This document shows positions 50,436 to 60,001 of a stretch of DNA of 64,000 nt, in pieces; positions within the stretch are counted from its first letter, which is position 1, and each line of letters begins with the position of its first letter. The stretch comes from a virus. The DNA lies in IMG/VR virus record IMGVR_UViG_3300035661_000011, positions 1 through 64,000 of that record, one strand, 5' to 3'. The position numbers and the translations under genes are program-made. The notes below the pieces were generated by a model, which saw only the letters and a program-made list of their open reading frames with translations, ran no database searches and was not told the DNA's origin.

Positions 50436-50972
50436 ATGCCAAAAACAAATGTAGTTGAGTCAAGAGTAACTGTTGATGTAAAATTTTTAATCGAGTTATT
50501 TGACCATCACCGCGTGGATTGGAAGTCGTGGACTGTTAAAACTTTAGATAATCTCGTTATGGATTTATCTAAAGGTGAAAGAACTTTGTCGTATACAAAT
50601 GGCAATATTTCATTGAATTCTAAAGTGGCATCGTGTGAAATTTATTTTGGTGGTAAACAGCTGATAGAGACACACTTGGTATCTCCCACCGGAACACTCA
50701 ATCGAAATATTCCGTGTAGTGGTAAGTTGGGTATGCACGAAAATCCAAGGTTGGGTATTATCCGTGAAATAAAAGAAGAACTAGGTTTAGACCTAGAGCC
50801 TACCTACCTAGGTGTGAGTAAGGAAGATAGACATCACTCGTACTACCCTGGACTTTATGGTGAAGTGATACATTATCGTTTTGCAACACCATTACACCCA
50901 GACCAGTATAAAGCTGAGTATAAATTAGTTGAAGGCGATACAACCTTCACATTTAACTGGGTGTGTGTGTAA
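50436..50972 (+). CDS. NUDIX hydrolase
   Basis: Complete Nudix box G-KLGMH-E-NPRLGII-REIKEELGL. Confidence 0.85.
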   Translation: MPKTNVVESRVTVDVKFLIELFDHHRVDWKSWTVKTLDNLVMDLSKGERTLSYTNGNISLNSKVASCEIYFGGKQLIETHLVSPTGTLNRNIPCSGKLGMHENPRLGIIREIKEELGLDLEPTYLGVSKEDRHHSYYPGLYGEVIHYRFATPLHPDQYKAEYKLVEGDTTFTFNWVCV

Positions 50973-50973
50973 T

Positions 50974-51195
50974 ATGAAACACCGCAAATACAGACGGTAC
51001 GGTAAGCTACACATATGTAGATGTACACGTTGGGTCTTTATGAAAGGTATTTGGTGGAACTACAGTAAACTCAAACATTTTATTATAAACACACCCACTG
51101 TTAGTTTGTGTGTAGCGACAAGGAAACTTATTGTCGCAGATTTAAAAGCTCGATGGTATTCTGATAGAAGACTAGATTTTATTTTGGACAACTGA
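50974..51195 (+). CDS. small basic hypothetical protein
   Basis: ATG 50974 directly after the NUDIX stop. Confidence 0.5.
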   Translation: MKHRKYRRYGKLHICRCTRWVFMKGIWWNYSKLKHFIINTPTVSLCVATRKLIVADLKARWYSDRRLDFILDN

Positions 51196-51256
51196 CCCGA
51201 AATAATTTTTAGTTCACAAATTGACAAATAATAAAAGTGGTAACTTGGGATCGTGT

Positions 51257-51312
51257 ATGTGGACGCAGAGTGAATATTCACTCTGCGTCCACATTGTTGT
51301 TTTTTTTTTTTT
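51257..51312 (+). terminator. 38-bp perfect palindrome plus long T-run
   Basis: atgtggacgcagagtgaat|attcactctgcgtccacat. Confidence 0.82.
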
Positions 51313-51346
51313 AATTTAGTATAAATTTACCAGATTAGATTCAAAC

Positions 51347-51357
51347 CTATATTATCT
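51347..51357 (+). promoter_or_regulatory. promoter motif variant (cTATATTATCT) upstream of the HNH gene
   Basis: One mismatch to the consensus; followed by a small hairpin. Confidence 0.6.
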
Positions 51358-51398
51358 AATTGAAATAAACGGTTGTTATTTTACTTGGGAGAGACTTA

Positions 51399-52435
51399 AT
51401 GTATAAGCCAATATCTGGCAATGAAGAGTATAAAATAAACAAAGGTGGTGTAGTTGTAGACTGTAATAATAGAGTGTGTTTACTACCTATGTTAGAAGAT
51501 AAGGTAGGAATACACCTATATGGCGTTCTAAGGCACGTTTACTTAGATTGGCTGTCTCCGTATGCCTTTTATGAAACACGTCTACCAGAGCACCTAAAAC
51601 ATCGTATAAACGATATTTGGTTTAATGAAGAGATAGTAATAAAAGATAAGATAGTAAAAGATAGAATGTATTTTTCTCAACCATTCTATTACAACGATGA
51701 ATTTAGGATAGTTCCTAATTACACAGATTATGCAGTTTCTATAGATGGACGAGTAATTAAAGTAAGTGCAGGGGAACTGTGTAGTCAGCATACTGGAGAT
51801 AATGTATATAGACGGATAACAGTTTGGGCAAAAGATATATCTAGTGATAAAGATTTAACTGTGCATAGACTACTAGCGTTAGCGTGAGTAAAGAATAAAA
51901 ATCCTCGTAAATTTAATGTAGTAAATCATCTAGATGGAGATAAATTAAATAACTACGCTTCTAACTTAGAGTGGACTGATGCTAATGGCAATATGCTACA
52001 TGCTCGTAAAATGGGTTTGTACTCCGATAACACCCAGTGTTAAAGTTTGAGTTAAACTATATTGCACCAGTTAAGACTATACAGGTCTTTAACATAGAAA
52101 CTAAGGAGATTACTACAGCTAAATCAGTTAGAGAGTTATGTCGAGAACTACCACTTAATTTTAGTAGTGTATTAGCGGTGTTAAATAAAGGGGAACAGTA
52201 TGTGTATTCAGGGTATGCGTTTTGGTATACTATAGAAAAAGATTGGGACACTAACTCCATACTACCTAAGTCGATTGGTAAGATAATAACAGCTGTAAAT
52301 AAATTGACTAATGAAATAATGGAATTTAGTTCGGTAAATTCAGCCAGTAGGTATTTTTCCGTAGATAAGAGAAATGTATTGAATAAGTTAAAAACTGGTG
52401 CTTTAATAAATGGATGGTGGTTAGTGGAAAAGTAA
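51399..52435 (+). pseudogene. disrupted free-standing HNH homing endonuclease with NUMOD-type domains
   Basis: VHRLLALA-TGA(51885)-VKNKNP...VNHLDGDKLNNYASNLEW continues in frame to TAA 52041; the C-terminal DNA-binding repeats lie in another frame (52037-52435). Confidence 0.85.
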
Positions 52436-52445
52436 TAATGTAATT

Positions 52446-52478
52446 CAGACACTACTCGATTTAATCGAGTAGTGTCTG
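52446..52478. terminator. palindrome between convergent genes
   Basis: cagacactactcgatt-t-aatcgagtagtgtctg. Confidence 0.78.
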
Positions 52479-52485
52479 TTACCTA

Positions 52486-54940
52486 TTAATTTACATTGCA
52501 CATTTCTTTTTCAAATTCGGCATAAAATACATCTAGTGATGGCATACCATAGCAGGACATAGCTAATGAAACAGGGTTTGCTACGACTGAGGTTAAGTTG
52601 ATACCAATTTCTCTTTGCTGATATTCTTCCAGTCCTTCAATTTTACATAAAACAAAAACATTTGTTCCTTTTGATACATTGCCAATTTCACCACCCGAAG
52701 GATATGCCCCTGTTAAATCTATGTCAGATGCAAATAACATAATGTTAGTTGCCATTTCTGGAAACTCTTTAATTACACATAGTCCAAGTCCTTCTTCTAA
52801 CTCAGCAGCTAAAGTAATGCCTTTTGTCCCATTAGCTCGTTACACTAATGCGGTGTGCTAAGACACCCGCCTACACTCTCGTGTAGGAGCAGATCATATC
52901 ACCATCCTCTGAGATTAACCCAGGTGGGATGTGTACTATTTCTTCCTCATTTTATAACTAGAGGCTCTACACCCAGTTACGGGTTGATCGTTGAACGTTC
53001 TCCATATCACATAGTGACTTAGGAGCTTCGCGGCTGATTGACTCTACCTAATCATTTTCAGACATTCATAGCCTGTTTTCACGGCTATTGTAGTTGATTA
53101 GTCTAACGAGTTATTCCAGCAATTAAGTACATTTTTCATCTACCGATTCCTCGATAGGGGGACCTAAATTATCTGTTAGATAATATTTAATAAAATGAAC
53201 ACCACTTAAACATTCCACTGGTTGACTAAACGCGTAATACACATTGTCAAATTCTACATTGTTCGGATTGCTGTCATGGTACATGGACTTTATATAAACC
53301 CATTGAGATATAGGTACCGATATGTTATATTTACACACCGCAACCAAACTACCATACTCAAACTTACCAACCTCAGGTAAATCTGCGTAACATTTACCGC
53401 CCACACTTATTACAGGTAAAGAAGCATCTTTGTAATACACTTTACCGTTAAAGAATTTTAACCCATACACATTTTCATTTTTATTAAACATAACGAACAC
53501 CATATAGTTGATAAATATACTATATCAATAAAATGTTCGTGTATAACATATATCTTATTTGATCCAACGTTCAGTAGTTGGGATTAATGAGTCCAACTTA
53601 CTAACCATATTCTTAGCGGTACTACCGATTACTAAACCCTCTTCCATTTCCTCTATATGTAAATCCGTAGATAGTCGTCTAGGGTTACTTTTAAACTTAT
53701 CAAAACTAGATGTGTCAACTTGAGGTCTAATGGTTTCACACAAGTCTTTTGTTTTCTCATCTAGAAGCTCCATAAACACACCGTCACCGAATAAATACGC
53801 CATATACTCAGGTTTGTATTTACTCTGCATAATTTGATGCCACAGACGTCCAGTTATCTTACTAGAGATAGCTTTAAACTTCATCTTACCAATTTGTAAA
53901 AACTCATGTAAGATTGCGTCTAAACCATATCCATTTCTTTGTTGCTCCCTAGCCCGTACTGTTCTAAATGTGGACATTGCGCAAATACAGTAAAAGCTAG
54001 CTGGCGCGTAAACAGTGTGCCATCGTTGAGATGGAACAGTTGCCATTCGTTCACCATTAGACTTAACTTTAAATGGAGCTTCTTTATTCCACTTAAAGTG
54101 TTTATAGTTGTCTGGTACAGATGGGTCGCTGAATATTAATGCTGGGTCTATATCTTCTTCTTTTAGTGCAGCTAACATATGTTCAATATCACCCTCCATG
54201 TTCCAGAATGCTAAGAAGTCTGGTTGGAGTTTGTGAACAGTTTTCATTAAAGCAATAACTACTTTAGTTTGGTTAGCGTGTACTGTAATTCTAAGGTCAA
54301 TATTTCTATTCTTAAGTAGGTCTTTATGGTGATACTCACACACCTCTCTTACTTTTTTCTTTATTAAGTCCGGTGACCAATCCCACCATTTAGCACTAAT
54401 TGCAATGTGCACTACATTCTTCATACTGACTATTCCAGATATGATTGGCTCTTTAGGGTCTTCCATAGACCACTCATAATCCATTACACAGACTGTACTT
54501 TTACTAAATATCTTACCATATCTTTCAGCATAGTCTGCTTTAAGTAAATCTTCCGATGTTATATCTGAGCCGTACACATACGGACTACTATTAACATCTC
54601 TTAACTGTGGTTCGTGGTCTGGCCTAAACCCTTTTATTTTTTCAAATATACTTTTGGTTAAGTTACTTTGAGTGCTGTAAAACTTATCTAATTTATCAAT
54701 TTCTTCAAACTCACGTTTGTCTTTGTGGGTTCTGTATTGTTTCTTGGTAATCCAGTATGGACGTTTATAGTTTTCAATTGTACGAAGTCTACGTTTAGGT
54801 TCAGAACCAGGTTTGTGTATTATTTCCTTTATAATTAATGCGTCGTTATTTTTGTTATATCTATCCCTTACAAATGTAGAAAACACATACTCGCGTTTAA
54901 TATCATCTTTACTATTCGGTGTGCTCATATTCATAACCAC
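52486..54940 (-). CDS. family B DNA polymerase exonuclease/motif-A subunit (phiKZ gp82-like); exons 54940-53562 and 52819-52486
   Basis: Exo motifs MDYE, FWNMEGD and YLFGD in exon 1; motif A DIDLTGAYPS in exon 2; splicing restores ...ERW-I-ITLAA in frame. Confidence 0.9.
52820..53561 (-). mobile_element. group I self-splicing intron, 742 nt
   Basis: On the minus strand: P AAUUGCUGGAA, Q AAUCAGCCGC, R GUUCAACGAUCA, S GAUAUGAUCU; P3, P8 and P9 stems; 5' exon ends in U paired with G of IGS GGUCC; terminal G at 52820. Confidence 0.93.
53123..53503 (-). pseudogene. truncated intron-encoded endonuclease remnant in the P1 loop
   Basis: 126 aa with degenerate HNH-like YHDSNPNNVEFDNV and FSQP, resembling the N-part of 51399; it runs into the intron core. 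Confidence 0.6.
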
Positions 54941-55108
54941 ATTAATGTTTTATTTTGTGAGAAGTCAAAGTCTATATTGAAAAGGTATGTTAACTATCCC
55001 CTCTCACTAGTCGCATTATAGCTATTAACGATATATTAGAAATTTAGTGACGAATGATATGTTTAAAGTTTGTTAGAAACTAAGTAAATACACCAGTGTG
55101 GAGCGGTT

Positions 55109-56392
55109 ATGAGTAAATTAAAAATAGAAGGGTATGGCATTGAGGGAATTGACCATCAGTATAATTCTGAATTGGGTGCAAGGTTAGAGGGGTGTTTTAC
55201 AGAAATTAGAAAATCTCGTAACGTTACATCAAGAGTTTTAAAAGACTCGGGTTTATCTGCAATAGTGTCTAGTTGTACAGATGGTATGAAAGTGACGTTT
55301 GATGTGGATATGGAACAAGCTGATAACCTGTATGTGTTTATGCCGGATTTAAATAGAAACCATGTGTTACATGACCAGATTAGAACTATGGTTTATGAAG
55401 AACATGACGCTAAACCATTCTTAGAAAAGAAAGGTTTTTTATCAGGTGGAGTAAACTTAAAAAATGGCACTGTATCTGGTGACTACACTAAAGTTGAAGC
55501 TAACGTGTACATTGGTATAGGTCTACTATCACAGGGGTCGTGGTGCTCAATTAAGGAGCTCGTAGCAGGAGTTTTACATGAGATAGGACACTTCTTTAGT
55601 TACCTAGAAATGTTAGGGAGATTTCTTAGAACAAATTACTTATTGGATGAGTTTGTTTCAAAGATGTTAAAAGTGGAATCAAAAGAACAACGAACTGTTT
55701 TATTATCAGAGTTAGAAGAAAACACTAAAACTAAAATTGCTAAGAAAGCAGATATTGCTACAATGGCAAGAACTGGTGAAGCGTATAGTGTTTTAGTTTT
55801 AACACAAGCTGCTAAAGCTAGTGAATATGAGTTGGGTGTAAATGTATACGATGTGCGTGCATGGGAACAGTTAGCTGACAATTATGCAGCAAGACATGGT
55901 TACGCTAAACACCTTGCTATCTTCTTAGATAAGGTGTATAGAACGTATGGAAATAGACAATATGACTCTCCAACATACAGGGTGTTTTGTGAGATAACAA
56001 AAGTGTTTTGTTGGATACTACCACTGTATGCACTTCCAACTATGGGGTTTGCATTAGGATATGGGTTACTGACTGGGTTGATTCTAGGTAACCCATGTTC
56101 AGAAGAATACGACCCTCCAGATAAACGATTTATGAAACTTAAGCAGCAGACTGTCGATGCTTTAAAAGATAAAAAACTATCTAGGTCACAAAGGGTAAAG
56201 TTTCTTGAAGACCACGAAACAATAGATAGGTTAATTAACGACCTCAATAGTAAATCTGAAACAGTGTGGTATATGTGGTACACTATGTTTCCTTGGGGTA
56301 AAAAAGATGTTAAGGATGCTAAACATTTTCAAGAAGTAGAAGGGTTACTTAACAACGATTTGTTTGCTACAGTCGCATTGATTTCAATTTGA
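55109..56392 (+). CDS. virion protein with zincin-like HExxH motif
   Basis: VLHEIGH, EQLADNYAARHGY, hydrophobic segment, YDPP; N-terminal G-I-E possible head-protease site. Confidence 0.7.
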   Translation: MSKLKIEGYGIEGIDHQYNSELGARLEGCFTEIRKSRNVTSRVLKDSGLSAIVSSCTDGMKVTFDVDMEQADNLYVFMPDLNRNHVLHDQIRTMVYEEHDAKPFLEKKGFLSGGVNLKNGTVSGDYTKVEANVYIGIGLLSQGSWCSIKELVAGVLHEIGHFFSYLEMLGRFLRTNYLLDEFVSKMLKVESKEQRTVLLSELEENTKTKIAKKADIATMARTGEAYSVLVLTQAAKASEYELGVNVYDVRAWEQLADNYAARHGYAKHLAIFLDKVYRTYGNRQYDSPTYRVFCEITKVFCWILPLYALPTMGFALGYGLLTGLILGNPCSEEYDPPDKRFMKLKQQTVDALKDKKLSRSQRVKFLEDHETIDRLINDLNSKSETVWYMWYTMFPWGKKDVKDAKHFQEVEGLLNNDLFATVALISI

Positions 56393-56543
56393 TACACCTA
56401 CATATCCACGCATTAATGCGTGGATATGTAAATTCAATAAATACTTATTTATATATCATCTAGTAGAGTAAACAATAATGTTTCTCTCTTTGCTATTAAG
56501 ATTTAATAGTTAATTATAGTTAGGGTATTTACAATGAAAAATA
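56363..56543 (+). repeat. copy 2 (likely source) of the terminator + promoter cassette
   Basis: Includes the last codons of the 55109 gene, the 32-bp palindrome 56399-56430 and the promoter 56451-56461. Confidence 0.92.
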
Positions 56544-57202
56544 AAATCGCTTTACTGAAAACTTTAGTACAAAACAACGACGCAGATGCGTTGAATGTAT
56601 TTAACACAGCAACAGCAGAAGTGTTGTTGTCTGAAGATGAAGGCGTTCAAGTCCAGCTAATGGCTGGGTGGTGGATGAGACTTCAAAAAGAAGTCCCAGG
56701 CATGAGCTCTTCCATAGATTTGTTCCAAGTTATTAAACTCGGATACAGTTTGAAAACTAAACTGGACAAGTTGTCCAATGAACAGAAAGAGGTTATCGCG
56801 AAAGCGATAACTGAAGCACTGGAGGATGAGACATTCCGTAAGGAATCAGCAGTTGTATTCCTCGAATACATTGTTGGTCGTGTGCAGTTGAGCACACTGA
56901 TAAAATCAGCAGTGGACTCCGTACTGTTGAAGTTAGCAGATGTAGATGAACTAAAACCATTCATGGGTGACATTACCCATGTGTTAAAACTGGCATTACC
57001 GCTTTTGGTGACAGCGGTAAAATCTACAGATATGCTGCTTGGGTGGTCCGGTAGATGGGTGGATGATACAGATTACTCTGTCCAGCGGTGTATTCGAGGA
57101 ATACCGGATGTAATAGTGTCACACCCTTACGGACCAATACTTAACCCTGAGTCACCAGAGGTTAAGGCTCAAATAGAAAGATTTAAATCTATATTTGGGT
57201 AA
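56534..57202 (+). CDS. hypothetical protein
   Basis: 222 aa between a promoter and terminator hairpin 57208-57241 with T-run. Confidence 0.75.
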   Translation: MKNKIALLKTLVQNNDADALNVFNTATAEVLLSEDEGVQVQLMAGWWMRLQKEVPGMSSSIDLFQVIKLGYSLKTKLDKLSNEQKEVIAKAITEALEDETFRKESAVVFLEYIVGRVQLSTLIKSAVDSVLLKLADVDELKPFMGDITHVLKLALPLLVTAVKSTDMLLGWSGRWVDDTDYSVQRCIRGIPDVIVSHPYGPILNPESPEVKAQIERFKSIFG

Positions 57203-57304
57203 ACGTAACAGCCATTGCACACAGTAGTGTGCAATGGCTGTGCTTGTACGTTTTTTTTTTTGCATTTTATACTATGTCAATAAAATCAATGGGAGTAGAA
57301 CCAA

Positions 57305-59551
57305 ATGTATACGTTAAAATGTTTCCAAATACCAGACTCCGATGAGAACATACATCGAGTAAAAGAATACTTATCGCGGGTAAATGTAAAGTGTAGAATT
57401 GATATACTCACGTACATCGTAGGTGTTAGTATTAAACCTACCGCTGCGTTAATAGGTGCATCGTCCGAGGAAATATCAAAAGACTTCGATATAGTGCATA
57501 CACCAGAGATTACTAATCTATTCGATGACCTAACTAATTCAGGAATAATATTCCCACGCCTTGTAGTTTTAAACAATATTAAAACTATATACATTCGTAG
57601 ATTACAACTAACTCGTAACGATTTATATCGTACATTCTCAGACAATGAGGAACACTGGTTATCATTCATTCAGTTACCTAATGAAATGGACTCTGATAAA
57701 AAACAGTGTGTAATGACAACTATAGGTGGAGCTGTATTACGGATATACGATTATATCTTAGAACAAAAAGGTGAAATGTTTAAATATAAATATAACACCT
57801 TACAAGATGGAACGTTTTGTAATTTGGTGGATGAAGCAATTAATAATTTAAAATATGATATTTCTTTCGAATTATCAGTGGCAGACTGGAGACGACTTAT
57901 ACACAGTGTTAAATCGTATCTGGTTAATCTTCAGTTTGGTATAGAATCACCAAATGAAACGCAGATTACCGCCACATTTGTAGCGTATTATTTGAAAAAC
58001 GCTAATGGGGTTTGGTCAGCTGAAAGTATTAAAAATTACATTGAAGCTTCAGAAACTTTGGAATTAGTTTCTATTGTACAAGACCCTTGTGGGTCAGAGT
58101 CTATTGGCTTAGAGGGAATCGATGTAAAAGGTGCAGAAGAATTGGTTTTTTACTCCGATGGTGCTGAGGACATTATCGATAGAGAAAACCTCAAGAATTT
58201 AGCTAGAGCTGTAGTAAGCTCGTTTAAATCATACTCAGATGACCATAGGCAGATGGAGGAGATTTTTGACAATGAAAAATTCGTAGGGTATGAAAGTCTT
58301 GAAGAATACGCTGAACATTTTCAAAAGGCTATTGAGTTAATGCAAAGACACTCTGGTGTTATCTTTGGTGCAGTAATTGCTTTAGTCATAGGTGTAGTGG
58401 GGTATATGCTTAAAAAGAAATTTGATGCTAGAGGCACTAAAGCTGAAGAAACAGTAAAAGAATACAACGAGATAGTGAAAAAGATAGAGTCTTTGTCTGG
58501 CGTAAGTGTAGAAAACAACTATATAAAGTATGGTGTTGTTGAAAAAAGTAAAGATATAGCAAACGACTTTAACAAAGCGTATTCTACTACACTCCACAAT
58601 ACATTACTACATGGTAAGGATGGATACGACTTACCTGGTTTAACAGCGACGATGACTGCGCATTTAGATGCGATAAAAGAATGTAGATCAGATTTTATAG
58701 AAATGTATAGTATTCTACAGAACGCAGTGTTAGAGGTGGGTAAGCCATCGGGAGAAACGTGTGCGACAATGATATCTAACGTTCAAACAATATTCCAATC
58801 AAAAGATTTTGACAAAATACAATATTCCAGAAAACCACTATACGAGTACGTTAAAGGTAAAGGTGGACACTATCCGTGGAGTTCTCCTAGTAATCAGATG
58901 TTAGAACTCATTAACCTAGACGTAGAGCGACACACCTCATTGGATGAGTCTAAAGTCGAAAGACATGATTTCTGGTCAGCTAGATACAATGTTAAGAACG
59001 ATAAAGGTGCCGCTAGGGTCATAGATAGTCTCAAACACCCATATAGCTACGCTGGCCCTGTACAGCCAGTAAACCACGAGGGTTTAAAATTAGGATGTAG
59101 TCTACTGGCACAATTTACACCAAGTGAAATGGTAAAACTAAACACCCTAAATAGCTCTGCATTAAAACTACAAAAGCAATTCGAAAATGAACATAGTGGT
59201 AATTCCACAAAAGCAATGTTGCAACACGGTGGTGGCGACCAAGTAATAAGTTGGCCACCAGAATATGCGAAAAACAACTCGCCGTGGGATTCATTAAAAC
59301 CTAGTAACAAGCATACTTCCACTAGAAAGAATGCAAGTGAAGTTATAACTGCTGTAATTTCGGGTGGAGTTCTACGTTCTAGAATTCATGCAGCAGCACA
59401 AATAGCTAGTTCTGTAAATGACTTACATAAAGTTACAGTTGCAATAGCCGCCATGACAACAACTGCGCAAGAATATTATAACTGTAGAAAAAATGAAGCG
59501 GCTATGATATATACACGCATAAAAGAAGAAGAAGAAGCTAAAAAGAAATAA
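57305..59551 (+). CDS. putative internal head/ejection protein
   Basis: 748 aa; S/A/G-x-E sites (SIGLE, ESLE) typical of phiKZ head-protease substrates; one TM-like segment. Confidence 0.55.
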   Translation: MYTLKCFQIPDSDENIHRVKEYLSRVNVKCRIDILTYIVGVSIKPTAALIGASSEEISKDFDIVHTPEITNLFDDLTNSGIIFPRLVVLNNIKTIYIRRLQLTRNDLYRTFSDNEEHWLSFIQLPNEMDSDKKQCVMTTIGGAVLRIYDYILEQKGEMFKYKYNTLQDGTFCNLVDEAINNLKYDISFELSVADWRRLIHSVKSYLVNLQFGIESPNETQITATFVAYYLKNANGVWSAESIKNYIEASETLELVSIVQDPCGSESIGLEGIDVKGAEELVFYSDGAEDIIDRENLKNLARAVVSSFKSYSDDHRQMEEIFDNEKFVGYESLEEYAEHFQKAIELMQRHSGVIFGAVIALVIGVVGYMLKKKFDARGTKAEETVKEYNEIVKKIESLSGVSVENNYIKYGVVEKSKDIANDFNKAYSTTLHNTLLHGKDGYDLPGLTATMTAHLDAIKECRSDFIEMYSILQNAVLEVGKPSGETCATMISNVQTIFQSKDFDKIQYSRKPLYEYVKGKGGHYPWSSPSNQMLELINLDVERHTSLDESKVERHDFWSARYNVKNDKGAARVIDSLKHPYSYAGPVQPVNHEGLKLGCSLLAQFTPSEMVKLNTLNSSALKLQKQFENEHSGNSTKAMLQHGGGDQVISWPPEYAKNNSPWDSLKPSNKHTSTRKNASEVITAVISGGVLRSRIHAAAQIASSVNDLHKVTVAIAAMTTTAQEYYNCRKNEAAMIYTRIKEEEEAKKK

Positions 59552-59569
59552 TAAACTTAGGAAATAACA

Positions 59570-59944
59570 ATGTTTACATTAAACGACGATTGGGAAATTA
59601 GAAATATGGTTGGTGAAGTCGAAGGGTTCTCATTAGAAAGTCTAACTGATGACAATGCACAGCTATTAACTATGTTAGAAACAAAGAAAGTATTTAATGA
59701 ACAATACTTCAGTGATATGAAAAAATTAATTGAAGTTAGTAAGTTAGTTGGTTTAGAGGGTATGAACATAACACTGGCTAGTTTATTAGATGAAATGATT
59801 CCTGGGTTTATAACTGACAAAATGCCTATCTCAGCATTTACCAAAGACCCAACACCAGTACAGAAACAATACACTTTCAAAATGATAACTGATTTTAGTA
59901 GACAAGCTTTGTATAACCAAAAATACAGAGTTAATTCAGCTTAA
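59570..59944 (+). CDS. putative small internal head protein
   Basis: FSLES and VGLEG protease-type motifs. Confidence 0.5.
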   Translation: MFTLNDDWEIRNMVGEVEGFSLESLTDDNAQLLTMLETKKVFNEQYFSDMKKLIEVSKLVGLEGMNITLASLLDEMIPGFITDKMPISAFTKDPTPVQKQYTFKMITDFSRQALYNQKYRVNSA

Positions 59945-59951
59945 TAAATAC

Positions 59952-60001
59952 ACGCCACCATAGTGAGGTTAACCTCACTATGGTGGCGTACTACTTTTTT
60001 T
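59952..60001. terminator. 38-bp perfect palindrome plus T-run
   Basis: acgccaccatagtgaggtt|aacctcactatggtggcgt. Confidence 0.82.

Noticed and set aside
51885-51887. TGA as Trp (recoded genetic code or read-through)
   Set aside because: TGA ends many genes here, including ATGA/GTGA overlaps, core genes are intact in the standard code, and the same gene has a second lesion.
52486-52755. 89-aa ORF as an independent gene
   Set aside because: It is exon 2 of the intron-split polymerase subunit.
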